DNA of 64,000 nucleotides from Dehalococcoidia bacterium (GTDB lineage Bacteria; Chloroflexota; Dehalococcoidia; Lucifugimonadales; Australimonadaceae): positions 335,640 through 399,639 of the forward strand of contig CBDCOP010000007.1 of NCBI GenBank assembly GCA_965219845.1, written 5' to 3'. The notes under the pieces were generated by a model. It did no database searches, was not told the origin of the DNA, and saw only the letters and a program-made list of their open reading frames with translations. Position 1 is the first letter of the stretch. Each line of letters starts with the position of its first letter. A program made the translations under genes and the position numbers. Below, one piece after another: positions 38,737 to 50,625 of the stretch.

Positions 38737-39729
38737 TCAGCGCCGCATCGCGGGGGTCTGAATCCCCATGGCCGGACGACCGGCCGGCATCGCCTCCTCC
38801 GCCTTCGCGTACATCGCCTCGAGGTTCTCGGGGAAGGTGTGATCGGTCCAGTCCACGTACTTCCCGTAACCGTGATCATGGTTCCAGTCCGGTACCGGGT
38901 ACAGCATGCCGGTGACGCCGCTCCCGTCCTGCCCGGCAAGGAACAGCGTGATCGGAACGAGGTGGTCAGATACGACCGGGCGGAACCCGTAGACCACGCC
39001 CTTCTCCTGCCAGGCGTTCGCGGTCGTATCGAACCAGGACGCGCGAGTGTGGCCCGGCATGATCGCGTTCACGGCGACGCCCTGCGCTCGGACCTCGTCC
39101 CCCAGGTAGAAGGTCATCGCCATGATGGCTGCCTTGGTGGACTGATAGGGCATCTCCAGGGTGAACGGCCGGAGACCGAAGTACCCTCCCCCGCCGGCCA
39201 CCGGCAGTATGCCGCTGCTCACGACGTTGACGATGCTGCCGCTGCCTTTCTCGATCATCGGCTGGATGAAGTGACGGATCGCCTTGACGACACCGAAGAC
39301 GTTCACCTCGAACATCGTCTTCCAATCGCTGTCCGTGGTATCGAGCATCCGGACGCGTCCCGTGGGCGCAAACAGCGTCTCCGAAACCAGCGCCGCATTG
39401 TTCACCAGGACATCGGCGGGACCGAGCGCCTGCGTTATCGCGGCCTGGGCGGCCTCGATCTGGCCGTCGTCCGTCACGTCCATCTCCACCGCGATCCCGC
39501 GACCGGAGGATTCCAGCTGCCGCCGGAAGTCGTCGGCGCCTTCCAACGTCTTGTCCGCGACGGCTACCTTGGCGCCTGCACGCAGGAGCCCCTCCGCCAT
39601 GGCTTTCCCGATACCTCGCGCGCCCCCGGTGATCACGACCACGCGGCCCTCCACGTCCTCTCGTGAACGCTCGATGGCGCGTTCGACCATCTCGGCCTGA
39701 AAACGCTCCCTGTCAATGATCTGAACCAT
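38737..39729 (-). CDS. Short-chain dehydrogenase/reductase (SDR)
   Basis: VITGGARGIGKA cofactor motif and catalytic YQSTK. Upstream of the RHD genes on the same strand. Confidence 0.8.
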   Translation of the reverse strand: MVQIIDRERFQAEMVERAIERSREDVEGRVVVITGGARGIGKAMAEGLLRAGAKVAVADKTLEGADDFRRQLESSGRGIAVEMDVTDDGQIEAAQAAITQALGPADVLVNNAALVSETLFAPTGRVRMLDTTDSDWKTMFEVNVFGVVKAIRHFIQPMIEKGSGSIVNVVSSGILPVAGGGGYFGLRPFTLEMPYQSTKAAIMAMTFYLGDEVRAQGVAVNAIMPGHTRASWFDTTANAWQEKGVVYGFRPVVSDHLVPITLFLAGQDGSGVTGMLYPVPDWNHDHGYGKYVDWTDHTFPENLEAMYAKAEEAMPAGRPAMGIQTPAMRR

Positions 39730-39774
39730 CTGTTGCCCTCTTTGCTTTCCGCCTCCGCTGAGCGAACAGGAGGC

Positions 39775-40263
39775 TTAGAAGAATATCGAGATGCCGCGAG
39801 GCAGAACGATCGAGTCCAGCAGTATTTCGCGCCGCGCGATCTTCCATCCACCATTCTCGCGCCTCAGCACGTCCTTCCTCCGCCCGGCCCACCAGGCTTC
39901 CTCTCGCAGCTTCCTGGCCTGGCGGACCAGGAAGTTACTGAACACGCGCAGTTCGTCGTCGTTATCGCCGTCCTCGATCAGGATGTTCGTGACCATGTGC
40001 TCCGTCAACGAGCGGGGGATCTCGACGTGCGAGAGCCCGGTGTCATGCTTCTTGGCCCGCATCGTCAGCATGAGTTTGTCGTCCTTCATGATGGGATGCC
40101 CGGGCGGGTCGACTTCGCCCTGCGTCTGCTCACGCAGGGGCATGACGTACTCGATGTCTTCGGACAGCATGTCGAGCCACTCGTCAAAGCGCATCTCGTC
40201 CAGCAGAAATGCCTCGCGATAGAGGAACTCCTCTACTTCCCGTTTCTGTTCCAGGGTCAGCAT
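39775..40263 (-). CDS. Aromatic ring-hydroxylating dioxygenase beta (small) subunit
   Basis: 162 aa, NTF2-like. EEFLYREAFLLDEMRFDEWLDML is the typical RHD beta N-terminus. Directly downstream of the alpha genes. Confidence 0.85.
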   Translation of the reverse strand: MLTLEQKREVEEFLYREAFLLDEMRFDEWLDMLSEDIEYVMPLREQTQGEVDPPGHPIMKDDKLMLTMRAKKHDTGLSHVEIPRSLTEHMVTNILIEDGDNDDELRVFSNFLVRQARKLREEAWWAGRRKDVLRRENGGWKIARREILLDSIVLPRGISIFF

Positions 40264-40268
40264 GATTC

Positions 40269-41603
40269 CTACGCCTCCATGAGCTCGAGCCAGAACCGGT
40301 AGAAGTTCCGCTGGTTCACTTCGCTCGGGTTCGGACCCATCTGTCCCGGAACGCCCTGCGGCGCTTCATCCTCGTGGTTCAGCTGCAGCCGGTAGTTGTG
40401 CGGCCGGCGCCAGTTCCGCGGCGCGCGCATCGCTTCCACTATCCGCTCCTGGTTCTCAACGTCGTCCGGAGCGATCGTCCCCGCCATGTGCTGGCCGCGA
40501 TAGGCGTACTCAGCCGCAACCTCCTTGACGATCGCAGGGGCTTCCTTCTCCACCATCGTCCACTGCCACTGCTCCATCTCCGTGACACCGCGGGGGTGGA
40601 ACAGGAGGAATTGGCGGCCTGCCATCGGTGAGAGGAAGCCCATGAGCCCCAGGTTCGGGAAGATAGCGCCGTTCTGGAAACTGTAGGGGGCTATCTCGTA
40701 GTCTTTCATCTGCTCCTGGAACTGCCTGTGGCGGTGCTGCACCCACTCCACGGCTTCCTTGCCCAGTGTTTCGGCCAGCCCCAGGTCGCTCTCATAGGCC
40801 TGCTCGCCTATCGTGACGTTTCCGAAGCCTATCGGGCAACCCTTCAGGTAGCCCGTGGTTGCCTCATACCTCCTATGCCCCCCTGCGGCGGCCCTCCGTA
40901 TCGGATAGCCCTTCTGCGCGAATTCCTGCACTACCTTGAGCCACGACACGTGCGTCGCCGCGATCACGTGGTAGTCGTCGCCGATGAAGTTCTCCGCAAG
41001 GTGCTTCCAGTTGCCCGGCGTACTGTAGCGGTGCCAACCCGGCAGCGCCTCCAGTCCACCGATGTGCTCCACCAGCACGTAGTTCCGCAGCCACCAGCAC
41101 CCATCCTCTCCAAGCCACTCCTCCAACCCCGTCGCAGACTGGTCGAACGTCGCGAAGATCAGGCCCTTGTAGCTCGCAACCCGCGCTTGTTCGAGTCCCC
41201 AGTTCTCGTGGTCGATCTCATCTCGATACAGTTCCTTCTCCATCGGAACGCCGATCAGCTTCCCGCTGATCTCGTACGTCCAGCCGTGGTACGAACACGT
41301 GAACGCCCGTGCATTCCCCCTGTCGAAGAGGCATACCTCGTTCCCTCGGTGCACGCACCTGTTGACCAGGACGTGGAGCTCTCCCTGCATGTCACGGGAT
41401 ACGATGACCGGCACTTCGCCCATGTAATTGGTCACGTAGTCGCCCGGCTTGCGGAGCATGTCCTCGTGACCTACCACCAACCAGGCTTTCTCGAAGACTT
41501 TCGTCTGCTCTTCGCGGTACAGCTCCTCGTCGAAGAGGACGGTGGGCGAGATGAGCCCTTCCCTCCAGTTCACCGCATCGCGCAACTCACTCACACCGAC
41601 CAT
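40269..41603 (-). CDS. Aromatic ring-hydroxylating dioxygenase alpha subunit (copy 1)
   Basis: Rieske motif CVHRGNEVC...CSYHGW plus the catalytic domain. Near-identical N-terminal half to 41642..42982. Confidence 0.9.
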   Translation of the reverse strand: MVGVSELRDAVNWREGLISPTVLFDEELYREEQTKVFEKAWLVVGHEDMLRKPGDYVTNYMGEVPVIVSRDMQGELHVLVNRCVHRGNEVCLFDRGNARAFTCSYHGWTYEISGKLIGVPMEKELYRDEIDHENWGLEQARVASYKGLIFATFDQSATGLEEWLGEDGCWWLRNYVLVEHIGGLEALPGWHRYSTPGNWKHLAENFIGDDYHVIAATHVSWLKVVQEFAQKGYPIRRAAAGGHRRYEATTGYLKGCPIGFGNVTIGEQAYESDLGLAETLGKEAVEWVQHRHRQFQEQMKDYEIAPYSFQNGAIFPNLGLMGFLSPMAGRQFLLFHPRGVTEMEQWQWTMVEKEAPAIVKEVAAEYAYRGQHMAGTIAPDDVENQERIVEAMRAPRNWRRPHNYRLQLNHEDEAPQGVPGQMGPNPSEVNQRNFYRFWLELMEA

Positions 41604-41641
41604 GGCTCTGCCCCTTTCTTCCGGCGCCTTGCGTCCCGGAT

Positions 41642-42982
41642 CTACGCCTCCATGAGTTCGAGCCAGAACCGGTAGAAGTTCCGCTGGTTCACTTCGCTCG
41701 GGTTCGGGCCTACCTGTCCCGGGATGCCCTGCGGCGCCTCTTCCTCGTGGTTCAGCTGCAGCCGGTAGTTGTGCGGCCGACGCCAGTTCCGCGGCGCGCG
41801 CATCGCTTCCACTATCCGCTCCTGGTTCTCGACGTCGTCCGGAGCGATCGTCCCGGCCATGTGCTGGCCGCGGTACACGTACTCAGCGGCCACCTCCTTG
41901 ACGATCGCAGGCGCCTCTTTCTCCACCATCGTCCACTGCCACTGCTCCATCTGTCCGACGCCACGGGGGTGGAACAGGAGGAAGTGCCGGCCTGCCATCG
42001 GTGAGAAGAAGCCCATGAGTCCCAGGTTGGGGAAGATAGCGCCGTTCATGAAGCTATAAGGGGCTATCTCGTAGTCCTTCATCTGCTCCTCGTACTGCCT
42101 GCGGCGGTACTGCACCCATTCCACGGCTTCCTTGCCCAGTGTTTCGGCCATCGCCAGATCGCTCTCATGGACGATCGGGTCCATCGTGACGTTCCCGAAG
42201 CCTATCGGGCAGCCCTTCAGGTAACCGGTCGTTACCTCGTATCTCCGCGTTCGAGCAACCGAGGAGTCGATCCGCCGCAACGGGTAGCCCTTTTCCATGA
42301 ACTCCTGCACTACCTTGAACCACGAAACGTGCGTCGCTGCAAACACGTGGTAGTCGTCGCCGATGAAGTTCTCCGCAAGGTGCTTCCAGTTACCGGGTGT
42401 GCTGTAGCGGTGCCAACCCGGCAACGCCTCCAGTCCACCGATGTGCTCCACCAGCACGTAGTTCCGCAGCCACCAGCATCCGTCCTCCCCAAGCCATTCC
42501 TCCAACCCCAGCGCAGACTGGTCGAACGTCGCGAAGATCAGACCCTTGTAGCTCGCAACCCGGGCTTGTTCGAGTCCCCAGTTCTCGTGGTCGATCTCGT
42601 CTCGATACAGTTCCTTCTCCATCGGAACGCCGATCAGCTTCCCGCTGATCTCGTACGTCCAGCCGTGGTACGAACACGTGAACGCCCGCGCGTTCCCCCT
42701 GTCGAAGAGGCATACTTCGTTCCCTCGGTGCACGCACCTGTTGACCAGGACGTGGAGCTCTCCCTGCATGTCCCGTGACACGATGACCGGCACTTCGCCC
42801 ATGTAGTTGGTCACGTAGTCGCCCGGCTTGCGGAGCATGTCCTCGTGACCCACCACCAACCAGGTTTTCTCGAAGACTTTCGTCTGCTCTTCGCGGTACA
42901 GCTCCTTGTCGAAGAGGACGGTGGGCGAGATAAGCCCTTCCCTCCAGTTGACCACATCGCGCAACTCACTCACGCTGACCAT
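41642..42982 (-). CDS. Aromatic ring-hydroxylating dioxygenase alpha subunit (copy 2, tandem duplicate)
   Basis: Rieske motif CVHRGNEVC...CSYHGW. The two proteins diverge mainly in the segment after HVSW(L/F)KVVQEF. Confidence 0.9.
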   Translation of the reverse strand: MVSVSELRDVVNWREGLISPTVLFDKELYREEQTKVFEKTWLVVGHEDMLRKPGDYVTNYMGEVPVIVSRDMQGELHVLVNRCVHRGNEVCLFDRGNARAFTCSYHGWTYEISGKLIGVPMEKELYRDEIDHENWGLEQARVASYKGLIFATFDQSALGLEEWLGEDGCWWLRNYVLVEHIGGLEALPGWHRYSTPGNWKHLAENFIGDDYHVFAATHVSWFKVVQEFMEKGYPLRRIDSSVARTRRYEVTTGYLKGCPIGFGNVTMDPIVHESDLAMAETLGKEAVEWVQYRRRQYEEQMKDYEIAPYSFMNGAIFPNLGLMGFFSPMAGRHFLLFHPRGVGQMEQWQWTMVEKEAPAIVKEVAAEYVYRGQHMAGTIAPDDVENQERIVEAMRAPRNWRRPHNYRLQLNHEEEAPQGIPGQVGPNPSEVNQRNFYRFWLELMEA

Positions 42983-43271
42983 GGCTGTTGCCTCCCTTTC
43001 CGGCGCCCTGCGTCTCCGAGACTCTGCTCTGCCTGGTGGCTCACACTACAACGAGCCTGCGTCGATAAACGGGTTCAATGATCGAGGCTGCCGACTGCAG
43101 ACACACTTCAACGCGCGTACCTTACTGCACTCTCATTCGATGTCAAGTTGAGGCAACCCACGCAGGGATTCACGCGCGTCTTTCTTCATCGGATGGGGCC
43201 TGCAGGCTGAGCATTCACGCATTAAGTTGCCCCGATGCAGGAACTGAGCCATGGACTCGCAATAGCTCCGC

Positions 43272-43321
43272 TTGACGCTCGATTGTGAATGTTACTACTA
43301 TCGTTTCACAAACGTTTCACA
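43272..43321 (+). promoter_or_regulatory. Putative rex promoter with Rex-box half-sites
   Basis: TTGACG (43272-43277) and TACTAT (43296-43301). TTGTGAA (43283-43289) plus two TTCACAA copies (43305-43311, 43315-43321). The half-sites match the Rex consensus arms, but the spacing is non-canonical. Confidence 0.35.
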
Positions 43322-43338
43322 ATCGGAGGACGGTGCAT

Positions 43339-43998
43339 ATGACCACCGAACCCCAGGTCCCCGGAGTGGTCGTCGAACGCCTTCCCCAGTACCTCCGGGC
43401 GCTGACGCACCTGCAGGAGATCGGGTTGGAGGTCATCAGCTCCCAGCAGTTGGGCGAGTTCCTGCAGGCCACGCCCGCGCAGATACGCAAGGACCTCAGC
43501 TACTTCGGACGCTTCGGGAAGCAGGGGCGCGGCTACAGCATCCCCAACCTGCTGCTGCAACTCCGGCGCATCCTCGGCCTCGACCAGACGTGGAACGTCG
43601 CCATCGTGGGCGTCGGGCGGCTCGGCAGGTCGATCATCAGCTATCCGGGGTTCGAGCCAGAGGGCTTCCGCGTCGTGTGCGCGTTCGACTCCAACTCGCA
43701 GGTCATCGGGCAGATGGCGGGGGGATTGCTCGTACACGACTTCGCGAACTTCCGCGAGGTAGCCGACGCCGACGGCGTGAAGATCGCCATCGTCGCAGTG
43801 CCCGCAGGGGTCGCGCAGGACGTGATCGACCAACTCGTGGAGGCGGACGTGAAGGCCATCCTCAACTACGCGCCGAAGTCTGCAATCGTCCCGAACGGGG
43901 TGCGGATACAGAACGTCGACCCCGTCGTCTCACTGCAGTCGATGACGTACTACCTGAACCCGCACGCGGACGGAGAGGTAGCCGAAGACGAAGAGTAG
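43339..43998 (+). CDS. rex: Redox-sensing transcriptional repressor Rex
   Basis: RLPQYLRAL, QIRKDLSYFGRFGKQGRGY, and the Rossmann motif VGVGRLG. GGAGGA before the ATG at 43339. Confidence 0.9.
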   Translation: MTTEPQVPGVVVERLPQYLRALTHLQEIGLEVISSQQLGEFLQATPAQIRKDLSYFGRFGKQGRGYSIPNLLLQLRRILGLDQTWNVAIVGVGRLGRSIISYPGFEPEGFRVVCAFDSNSQVIGQMAGGLLVHDFANFREVADADGVKIAIVAVPAGVAQDVIDQLVEADVKAILNYAPKSAIVPNGVRIQNVDPVVSLQSMTYYLNPHADGEVAEDEE

Positions 43999-44007
43999 CG
44001 GACTGCC

Positions 44008-44448
44008 TCAGGCCTGGGAGCCGCGCTCCCGCTGCGGCACGCCGGCGCGGCGCCGGCGCCGCGTCACGTTTAGCCGTACCTGCGCCCTGTGCAGCGAATG
44101 CAGTGCCCGTTCGAGGTCTACGTCGCCCTGACGCTCTGCGATGCGCTGTCGAGCGCGAGAGACGGCTTCCTCGGCCCTTGCAAGGTCGATCTCGTCCGCC
44201 CGCTCCGCCGCGTCCGCGAGAACGGACACCTTGTCGCCGTGCACGTCGATGAACCCGCCGGTCACGGCGAAGCTCTCCTCGCCGTCGCCGGTGCGGTAGC
44301 GGAGCTCACCGGGCTGGAGCACGGTCATCAGCGCGGCGTGCTTCGGCAGAATGCCGATCTCACCGTCGATGCCGGGCGCAACGACGGCGTCCACGTCGCC
44401 CTGGAAGAGCACGCGCTCCGCAGTTACGATCTCGAGCCGCATGGGCAT
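44008..44448 (-). CDS. atpC: F1 ATP synthase epsilon subunit
   Basis: LEIVTAERVLFQG...GILPKHAALMT pattern. Last gene of the atp operon. Confidence 0.9.
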   Translation of the reverse strand: MPMRLEIVTAERVLFQGDVDAVVAPGIDGEIGILPKHAALMTVLQPGELRYRTGDGEESFAVTGGFIDVHGDKVSVLADAAERADEIDLARAEEAVSRARQRIAERQGDVDLERALHSLHRAQVRLNVTRRRRRAGVPQRERGSQA

Positions 44449-44454
44449 GGCGTC

Positions 44455-46762
<2,308 letters not shown>

Positions 46763-46772
46763 AGCCGGTCTC

Positions 46773-48278
46773 CTAGAACGTGGCCTTGAAGGCGGCTATC
46801 GCTTCTTTCAGCGACTCTTCAACCGCCTCGTCTATGTCTCTCTTCTCCTGGATCGCGCTCATCAACTCCGGCTTGGAAGTCTCCAGGTAGCCGATGAAGC
46901 GCTCCTCGAACTCCCGCACGCGGTCCACCGGCACGTCGTCCATGTGGCCGTTCACCGCGGCGTACATGGAGCAGACCTGCTGGCTCAGGCTCTGCGGCCG
47001 GTACTGCGGCTGCTTCAGCAGCTCCGTCAGCCGCTGACCGCGCTCCAGCTGGGCCCGCGTCGCCGCGTCGAGGTCGGACGCGCCGAACTGCGCGAAGCTG
47101 GCGAGCGCGCGGTACTGCGCGAGCTCCAACCGCATGCGTCCGGCGACGCGCCGCATCGCGCGCGTCTGCGCCGAGCTGCCCACCCGGCTCACGGAGAGGC
47201 CCGCGTTCACCGCGGGACGGATGCCGCTGTTGAACAGGTCCGCCTCCAGGTAGATCTGGCCGTCCGTGATGGAGATGACATTCGTCGGGATGTAGGCGGA
47301 CACGTCGCCCGCCTGCGTCTCGATGATCGGCAGCGCAGTCAGCGACCCGCCGCCGTGGGCGTCGTCCAGCCGTGCGGCGCGCTCCAGCAGCCTGCTGTGC
47401 AGGTAGAAGACGTCGCCGGGGTACGCCTCGCGGCCCGGAGGGCGGCGGAGCAGCAGCGACATCTGGCGGTACGCCCAGGCGTGCTTCGTGAGGTCGTCGT
47501 AGATGATGAGCGCCTCGCGCCCGCTGGCCATGAACTCCTCGCCGATGGCGCAGCCCGCGTACGGCGCGAGGTACTGCAGCGGCGCGGGGTCGGACGCGTT
47601 AGCCGCGACGATAACGGTGTGCTCCATCGCGCCGTACTCTTCCAGTGTCGCCTGCAGCGAGGCGACCTTGCTCTGCTTCTGGCCTATCGCCACGTAGATG
47701 CAGATGAGGTCCTGCCCCTTCTGATTGATGATGGTGTCCAGGGCGATGGCCGTCTTGCCCGTGAAGCGGTCTCCGATGATCAACTCGCGCTGGCCCCGGC
47801 CTATCGGGATCATGCCGTCGATGGACTTGATGCCCGTCTGCACCGGCCGGTTGACCGCCTGCCGGACCACGACGTTCGGCGCGACGATCTCGATGGGGCG
47901 GATGCCGTCCGTCTGCACCGAGCCCTTGCCATCCAGCGGCTCGCCGAGCGGGTTCACCACCCGGCCCAGGAGCGCGTCGCCAACCGGTACGCGGGCGATC
48001 TCGCCGGTCGCCTTGACCAGGTCGCCCTCCTTCACACCGGTGTCCGAACCCATGACAGCGGCGCCGACGAGGTCCTCCTCGAGGTTCAGCGCCAGACCGG
48101 CCAGGCCGCTCGGGAACTCCAGCAGTTCGCCGAAGCCGACCTTGCTCAGACCATGGATGGTGGCGATGCCGTCTCCAACCTCTACGACGGTCCCCACTTC
48201 CGTGAGGGTGGTCTCGCCGCCGAACTCCTCGATCTGCCGCTTGAGTACGGCTGTAATGTCCTGTCCGCGAGTCGTCAT
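46773..48278 (-). CDS. atpA: F1 ATP synthase alpha subunit
   Basis: Walker A GDRFTGKT. Conserved alpha blocks throughout. Confidence 0.97.
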   Translation of the reverse strand: MTTRGQDITAVLKRQIEEFGGETTLTEVGTVVEVGDGIATIHGLSKVGFGELLEFPSGLAGLALNLEEDLVGAAVMGSDTGVKEGDLVKATGEIARVPVGDALLGRVVNPLGEPLDGKGSVQTDGIRPIEIVAPNVVVRQAVNRPVQTGIKSIDGMIPIGRGQRELIIGDRFTGKTAIALDTIINQKGQDLICIYVAIGQKQSKVASLQATLEEYGAMEHTVIVAANASDPAPLQYLAPYAGCAIGEEFMASGREALIIYDDLTKHAWAYRQMSLLLRRPPGREAYPGDVFYLHSRLLERAARLDDAHGGGSLTALPIIETQAGDVSAYIPTNVISITDGQIYLEADLFNSGIRPAVNAGLSVSRVGSSAQTRAMRRVAGRMRLELAQYRALASFAQFGASDLDAATRAQLERGQRLTELLKQPQYRPQSLSQQVCSMYAAVNGHMDDVPVDRVREFEERFIGYLETSKPELMSAIQEKRDIDEAVEESLKEAIAAFKATF

Positions 48279-48847
48279 GCCCGCTCCTCCGTTTCACGCG
48301 CCGTCCGGGGGAGGGCCTGGCGTTCCAGGCTCTGACGCAGACCGCTCAGGCGGGAGCGCACGCTCCCATCGATGATCTGGTCTCCCACCCGCACGACGAT
48401 TCCGCCGATGATGTCCGTATCCTCCTGAACGTCGAGGACGACCTCTTTGTCCAGCATGGCCGCGAGCGAGGCCGTCAGCGTGCTCCGCTGCTCCGCGGAC
48501 ATGGGCGCCGCGCTCGTCACCGAGGCCTGTACGCGCCCGAGGCTCTCGTTCAGCAGCCGTCCATACTCGCTGACGACCGCGCCGAACGAGCCCACTGCTC
48601 GCCGCTGCACGAGCAGCCCCACGAAGTTGCGCACCAGTGAGTCTGCGCCCTCTGCGAGTTGCGCCGCGGCTTCCGCCTTGCGAGCCGCCGGTATGCGCGG
48701 CTCGTTGAAGAACAGCGCAGCCGACGGGTCGGCCAGCCCCTTGGCGATGCCGGTAAGGCTGTCCAGCCAGGCCTCCTGCTTCCCCTCGGCCTCGGCCAGG
48801 GAGAAGAGCGCCTGCGCGTAGCGCTTCGCTATGGGCGCTTTTGCCAT
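48275..48847 (-). CDS. atpH: F1 ATP synthase delta subunit (OSCP)
   Basis: [11 protein letters not shown]-terminus and operon position. 4-nt overlap with atpA. Confidence 0.85.
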   Translation of the reverse strand: MAKAPIAKRYAQALFSLAEAEGKQEAWLDSLTGIAKGLADPSAALFFNEPRIPAARKAEAAAQLAEGADSLVRNFVGLLVQRRAVGSFGAVVSEYGRLLNESLGRVQASVTSAAPMSAEQRSTLTASLAAMLDKEVVLDVQEDTDIIGGIVVRVGDQIIDGSVRSRLSGLRQSLERQALPRTARETEERA

Positions 48848-48856
48848 CCCCCGCTC

Positions 48857-49399
48857 CTAGTTCCGCCCTGCGCGGGCGTCCCCTTCCGCGAGCACCTCGT
48901 CTATCAGATCGCGGTGCACGTCGGGGTCCAGCGAACGGTGGATGATGCGCTCGGCGGCGGTAACCGCGAGCGATGCGAACTCAGAGCGTACCTGCTCGAG
49001 TGCGGCGTCGCGCTCCTGCCGTATCTCCCCGCGGGCGCGCTCGATCAGCTGACTCGCCTCGGTTCGCGCCTGCGCCGCCTGTTGTTCGCGGTAGCGTTCC
49101 GCTGCCTCGCGGGCCTCTGCCAGCACGCGCTGGCCTGCCTCGCGTCCCTCCAGCAGCGTGGCTTGCATCGCCTCCTGCTGCTCCTGGGCCTCGCGCCGTA
49201 CGCGGTCGGCCTCTTCCAGGCTGTCCCGGATCCTGCCGGACCGGGCGTCCAGCACTCCCAGGATGCGTTTGTACGCGAAGAGGTAGAGGATCACTACGAG
49301 CAGGCCGAACGTGACCAGGTAGGCCAGCAGGCTCCACGGGTCTATGCCCAGCGCTCCTATGCCGGTTGCTTCTTCGGCTAGTCTTGGTGCTGCCAGCAC
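48857..49399 (-). CDS. atpF: Fo ATP synthase b subunit
   Basis: A single N-terminal TM helix followed by a long charged coiled coil. Operon position. Confidence 0.85.
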   Translation of the reverse strand: MLAAPRLAEEATGIGALGIDPWSLLAYLVTFGLLVVILYLFAYKRILGVLDARSGRIRDSLEEADRVRREAQEQQEAMQATLLEGREAGQRVLAEAREAAERYREQQAAQARTEASQLIERARGEIRQERDAALEQVRSEFASLAVTAAERIIHRSLDPDVHRDLIDEVLAEGDARAGRN

Positions 49400-49444
49400 G
49401 TCGTCCGCCTCCTCATATGCGTTACGTTGCTCACGCCACGCCGC

Positions 49445-49678
49445 TTACGCAACGAAGATGAGCAGGATGGCCACCACGAGGCCGTAGATACCGATGGCCT
49501 CCGTGAACGCCAGCGCCAGGATCATGTTCGGCGCGATCGCGTCGCGGGCTTCCGGGTTCCTGCCGAGAGCGTTCATCGCCCCGCTGCCCAGGATTCCGAG
49601 GCCGACACCGGCGCCGGCCATGCCCAGCCCGGCCAGGCCCACGGCGAGGAACTTGCCCATCTCTCCGTATTCGTTCAT
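49445..49678 (-). CDS. atpE: Fo ATP synthase c subunit
   Basis: 77-aa two-helix hairpin with a Gly-rich helix 1 (GLAGLGMAGAGVGLG) and the carboxylate E in FTEAIGIYGLV. Confidence 0.92.
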   Translation of the reverse strand: MNEYGEMGKFLAVGLAGLGMAGAGVGLGILGSGAMNALGRNPEARDAIAPNMILALAFTEAIGIYGLVVAILLIFVA

Positions 49679-49752
49679 TCCCCAAACCTCCTTGGTCTGT
49701 TACGGCGGCGCGGTCCGCGTTCCGCCTCGTTCTGCCCGCGCGGTGGCGGGGT

Positions 49753-50625
49753 CTAGTGCTGTCCGGCCTCTGCGTGCTCTTCCCTGTGACCCTCATGCGG
49801 GGCCACCGCAAGCACCGTGAACACGAGCGTCAGGCCCATGAACACCAGCGCCTGCACGCCCCCGACCAGTATCTCCAGCCCGTAGAAGATGATGGGCGTC
49901 ACGAAGAAGGTCAGGAACGTCATCATGAACAGGACGATCTCTCCGGCAAGCATGTTGCCGAACAGACGGAACGTGAAGCTGATGATGCGGATGAAGTGGC
50001 TGATGAGCTCCAGCAGCCCGATGAACGTCTGCACCGGGTTCCCGAACCGGAAGAACTCCCGCAGGTACCCGAACTTATGGACGCGGAAGCCCCACACCTC
50101 GATGAAAACGAACGCGATGAGCGCCAGCGCCAGCGGCATGTTGATGTCCGTGCCCGCGCTCCGCAGCAGGTGCGTCGTGACGTGGTCGGCGCCCTCGGCC
50201 TTGAAACCCACCGTGGGGTAGATGGGCAGGAGCGCCATCCACGCGTTGAACGCGACGAACACGAAGATCGTGGCGAGGAGCGGGAAGAAGCGCCGGGCGT
50301 AGCGCTCTCCTGCCATGCCCCTGATGAAGCCGTAGAGCGCCTCTATCAGCATCTCCAGGAGCCCCTGCAGACGCCCCGGCACCATGCCCATCCGGCGCGT
50401 GCCCAGCCCGAACAGGAGAAGGATGACGATGCAGGTGAGCCACGCGGAGAGGAGCGTGTTGGTAACGGTGAACGCGCCTATGCTGAAGATCTTCTGCGGC
50501 GCCAGGTGCACCGCCGGAGCGTCGATCAGGCGCTCGAAGCCCAAGAGCTTCGCGCCTATTGGACCCAGCGCCAGGCCAAGTACGGCCAGCGCCAGAACCG
50601 GCAGCAGAATCAAACGACTCTTCAC
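49753..50625 (-). CDS. atpB: Fo ATP synthase a subunit
   Basis: Polytopic protein with the conserved FRLFGNMLAGE arginine motif. Confidence 0.92.
   Translation of the reverse strand: MKSRLILLPVLALAVLGLALGPIGAKLLGFERLIDAPAVHLAPQKIFSIGAFTVTNTLLSAWLTCIVILLLFGLGTRRMGMVPGRLQGLLEMLIEALYGFIRGMAGERYARRFFPLLATIFVFVAFNAWMALLPIYPTVGFKAEGADHVTTHLLRSAGTDINMPLALALIAFVFIEVWGFRVHKFGYLREFFRFGNPVQTFIGLLELISHFIRIISFTFRLFGNMLAGEIVLFMMTFLTFFVTPIIFYGLEILVGGVQALVFMGLTLVFTVLAVAPHEGHREEHAEAGQH

Noticed and set aside
43283-43311. Canonical Rex operator.
   Set aside because: The half-sites are present, but the spacing is 15 nt rather than 4, so it is reported only as an unusual arrangement.
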